Shown here: in pieces, positions 61,948 through 64,000 of the stretch
Numbering within the stretch: the stretch's first letter is position 1
How the letters are laid out: the number at the start of each line of letters is the position of its first letter
Origin: Lophium mytilinum
Taxonomy: Eukaryota
NCBI GenBank assembly: GCA_010093605.1
Contig: MU004182.1
Location: 1,211,032 to 1,275,031 of the forward strand
Reading direction: 5' to 3'
DNA length: 64,000 bases
Notes under the pieces: model-generated
Database searches by the model: none
The model's input: the letters and a program-made list of their open reading frames with translations, nothing else
Told to the model about the DNA's origin: nothing
Made by a program: the position numbers and the translations under genes

Positions 61948-62700
61948 TGATGTAAAGATTTACAGCTTGAAAATTGAGCTGTCTATTGACTGCCTAGCTA
62001 CTTCGTAACTGGGCTGCTCCCTGCAGTGGTATCAAGCGAGTAAGAGAGGAGCTTTTGTAGAGAGATTTTCAATGTGCTGGAAGTTATGGCGAGAAATATG
62101 ATGTAAGTTCGGCGCAGTGGATATTAGACTGCCTCTTGACTAGCCGGCGACACACTAGCTGAGCTACTCCTTACAGGGGTGAGGAGCGAACAAGAGTGGC
62201 GCGTTTGTAGAGAGATTTCAATGTGCTGGAAGTTATAGCATGTTCGTGTAATGTAATTTTGAGGCAGTGGAAATCGAACTACCTCTTAGCTTGCCAGCGA
62301 CACACTAGCTGGGCTACTCCTTACAGTGGTGTCAAGCGAGCGATAGGGAAGCTTTTATAGAGGTATATCTAAGGCGCTGAAATTCATGGCATATTCATGT
62401 GATGTAAAATTTGAAGCTGTGGAAATCAGACTACCTTTTGGCCGACCGGCTATACTCTAGCTGGGCTGCTTCTTACAGTAGCGAGGGGCGAGCAAGAGTG
62501 AAGGTTGAGTAGGGCAATATGCAATGTGCTAGAACTCATAGAATGTTTATATGATGTAAATTTAATGCAGTGGAAATCTGATTACCTCTTGACTGGCCGG
62601 GTAACCGCTCGCTGGAACACTCCTCACATTGGTAAGAAGTGAGCAAGAGTAGAGCTCGAGCAGTGGCATACCCGTGTACACTGACTTATGACATATGATG
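61948..62700. repeat. Degenerate tandem array, ~151-bp unit, about 5 copies
   Basis: T(G/A)ATGTAA recurs at 61948, 62099, 62248, 62400 and 62552, with shared GCAGTGGAAAT, CTAGCTGGGCTACTCCTTACAG and CAATGTGCTGGAAG blocks. Confidence 0.85.
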
Positions 62701-63090
62701 CTATATCAAAATCTGCGTACACTTTGTGGCGGTTGCGTGGGGAGATCTTATGCACTCAGGGATGCGAAGAAATAATGCTTCTACTTTTTTTTGAATATTC
62801 ATAGATGACACCGTCTGAGGTGGCCTGGCAGAGTCTTAGGATGCTCCAAACGATTCACTTACGCCTACTTCAGTTTTTTCGAAAATGCATCAGGGGACCT
62901 CAGACCGTGGCACCCAGGTGTACGCAGAACTGTTGCAGATGGAATTTATCGTTTTTGGTATTATTCCCGAGCCTCTTTGATAATTCGAGGGTCTCGTTAG
63001 CTAACGCCGTGTGTCTTTATAACAGACACCATGTGAATTAACTCTCCGCAGTGTGAGCCATTTCAGAAACCATTCCCAGAAGCCATCTCC

Positions 63091-63757
63091 TCAGAAGCCA
63101 CGTCCTCCACCGCGTCCACGCCCCCGGCCACCTCCGCCACCGCGACCACCACCCCGTCCTCCCCTGGGACCACCACGGCCGCCTCGTCCTCCCCTGTCAG
63201 CTGCCTCCTTCCGCGCCTTGTTCTTCGGTTTCGGCTGATCGTCCACGAGCAGCGTGTCTAGTGGGAGACTGTCGGGTAGGATGAAGTATCGGATGGTTGA
63301 GCCGCGTAGATTAATGGAATCGAGGGCGACTGGCTCACGGCCTTTCTGCGTCATTTTGACGGTTCGGAGGGCGGTGTTCATCTGAGGCGTAACAGAAGCG
63401 ATAGTGCCGTGGATGACAGTTCCTATAAACGCGGTTAGTCGCGCCGACACATCCAAAAGCCTTTACCTGAACAGGATTCGCTAGATTATATTAGTTGCCC
63501 ATGCGCTAGGCCTCGAGGTTGCGACCAAGGGCAGAACTGAAAGGTCCGGGAAACAAGTGGGCAGAAGACATGATAGAGCAGTATTACCATTCTTCAGTTC
63601 AATCGTGACTGTTTCGTTCGCGCACTTCATCAGGAATCTGAACACCAGAGTCGTCAGTCACAATTCGCATGTCGGCGGGGGAAGCCTGGGGTAGAAAGCT
63701 CAGCTTGGGCGCCGCCTATGGAACAGCAGAGTGGGTAACTTGCCGTACGAGCTTCAT
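63091..63757 (-). CDS. SMD1: Small nuclear ribonucleoprotein Sm D1
   Basis: [27 protein letters not shown]...[20 protein letters not shown] with an RG-rich tail. Intron 63743-63638 is GC-AG; intron 63587-63423 is GT-AG. Confidence 0.95.
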
Positions 63758-64000
63758 GGTGACCTCTACTTCTCTTCGAAGCTCTTCTCGTCCTCGCGGA
63801 GTGGTGTTTTGGTTGTGTGATGGAGGTGAGGGCGGTGTGGTGAGGTGGAGGGGAGCTTGCGCGAGAGTCGCGGTGATTTTGATGTTGGCGGGTCGGGTGG
63901 TATTTTATCCGGTTATAGATTAGCGTGGTGAGTCACTAGTATATTACAGTCTTCACCACGCTCCGCGATATTCAATGCAACAACATTTAGGTTGGTAGGG

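Noticed and set aside
61948..62700. CRISPR-like array
   Set aside because: Eukaryotic context, whole units are homologous (no unique spacers), and there are no cas genes.

Overview
Gene-dense genomic DNA from a filamentous ascomycete, judged by short GT-AG introns with CTRAC/CTAAC branch sites and a RIP-damaged transposon. It holds about 22 protein-coding genes, including POL2, COX20, SMD1, a CSC1/RSN1 channel, homocysteine S-methyltransferase, maleylacetate reductase, a HET protein, an MFS transporter with a Zn2Cys6 factor, a Ulp1-like protease, DJ-1/PfpI, PARP-like, PARG-like, an M20 peptidase, an O-methyltransferase, a TauD-like dioxygenase and four BTB paralogues (one a pseudogene). A 4.1-kb RIP-inactivated pogo-type DNA transposon sits between POL2 and COX20, and there are several degenerate repeats. 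The standout signal is two otherwise intact tRNA-Pro genes (AGG at 58038-58180, TGG at 60850-60991). Each carries the usual 37/38 tRNA intron plus a second ~54-nt insertion with full spliceosomal hallmarks (GTRAGY donor, CTAAC branch point, CAG acceptor), at two different tRNA positions. All calls were made by eye from the sequence and the ORF track; no searches were run.
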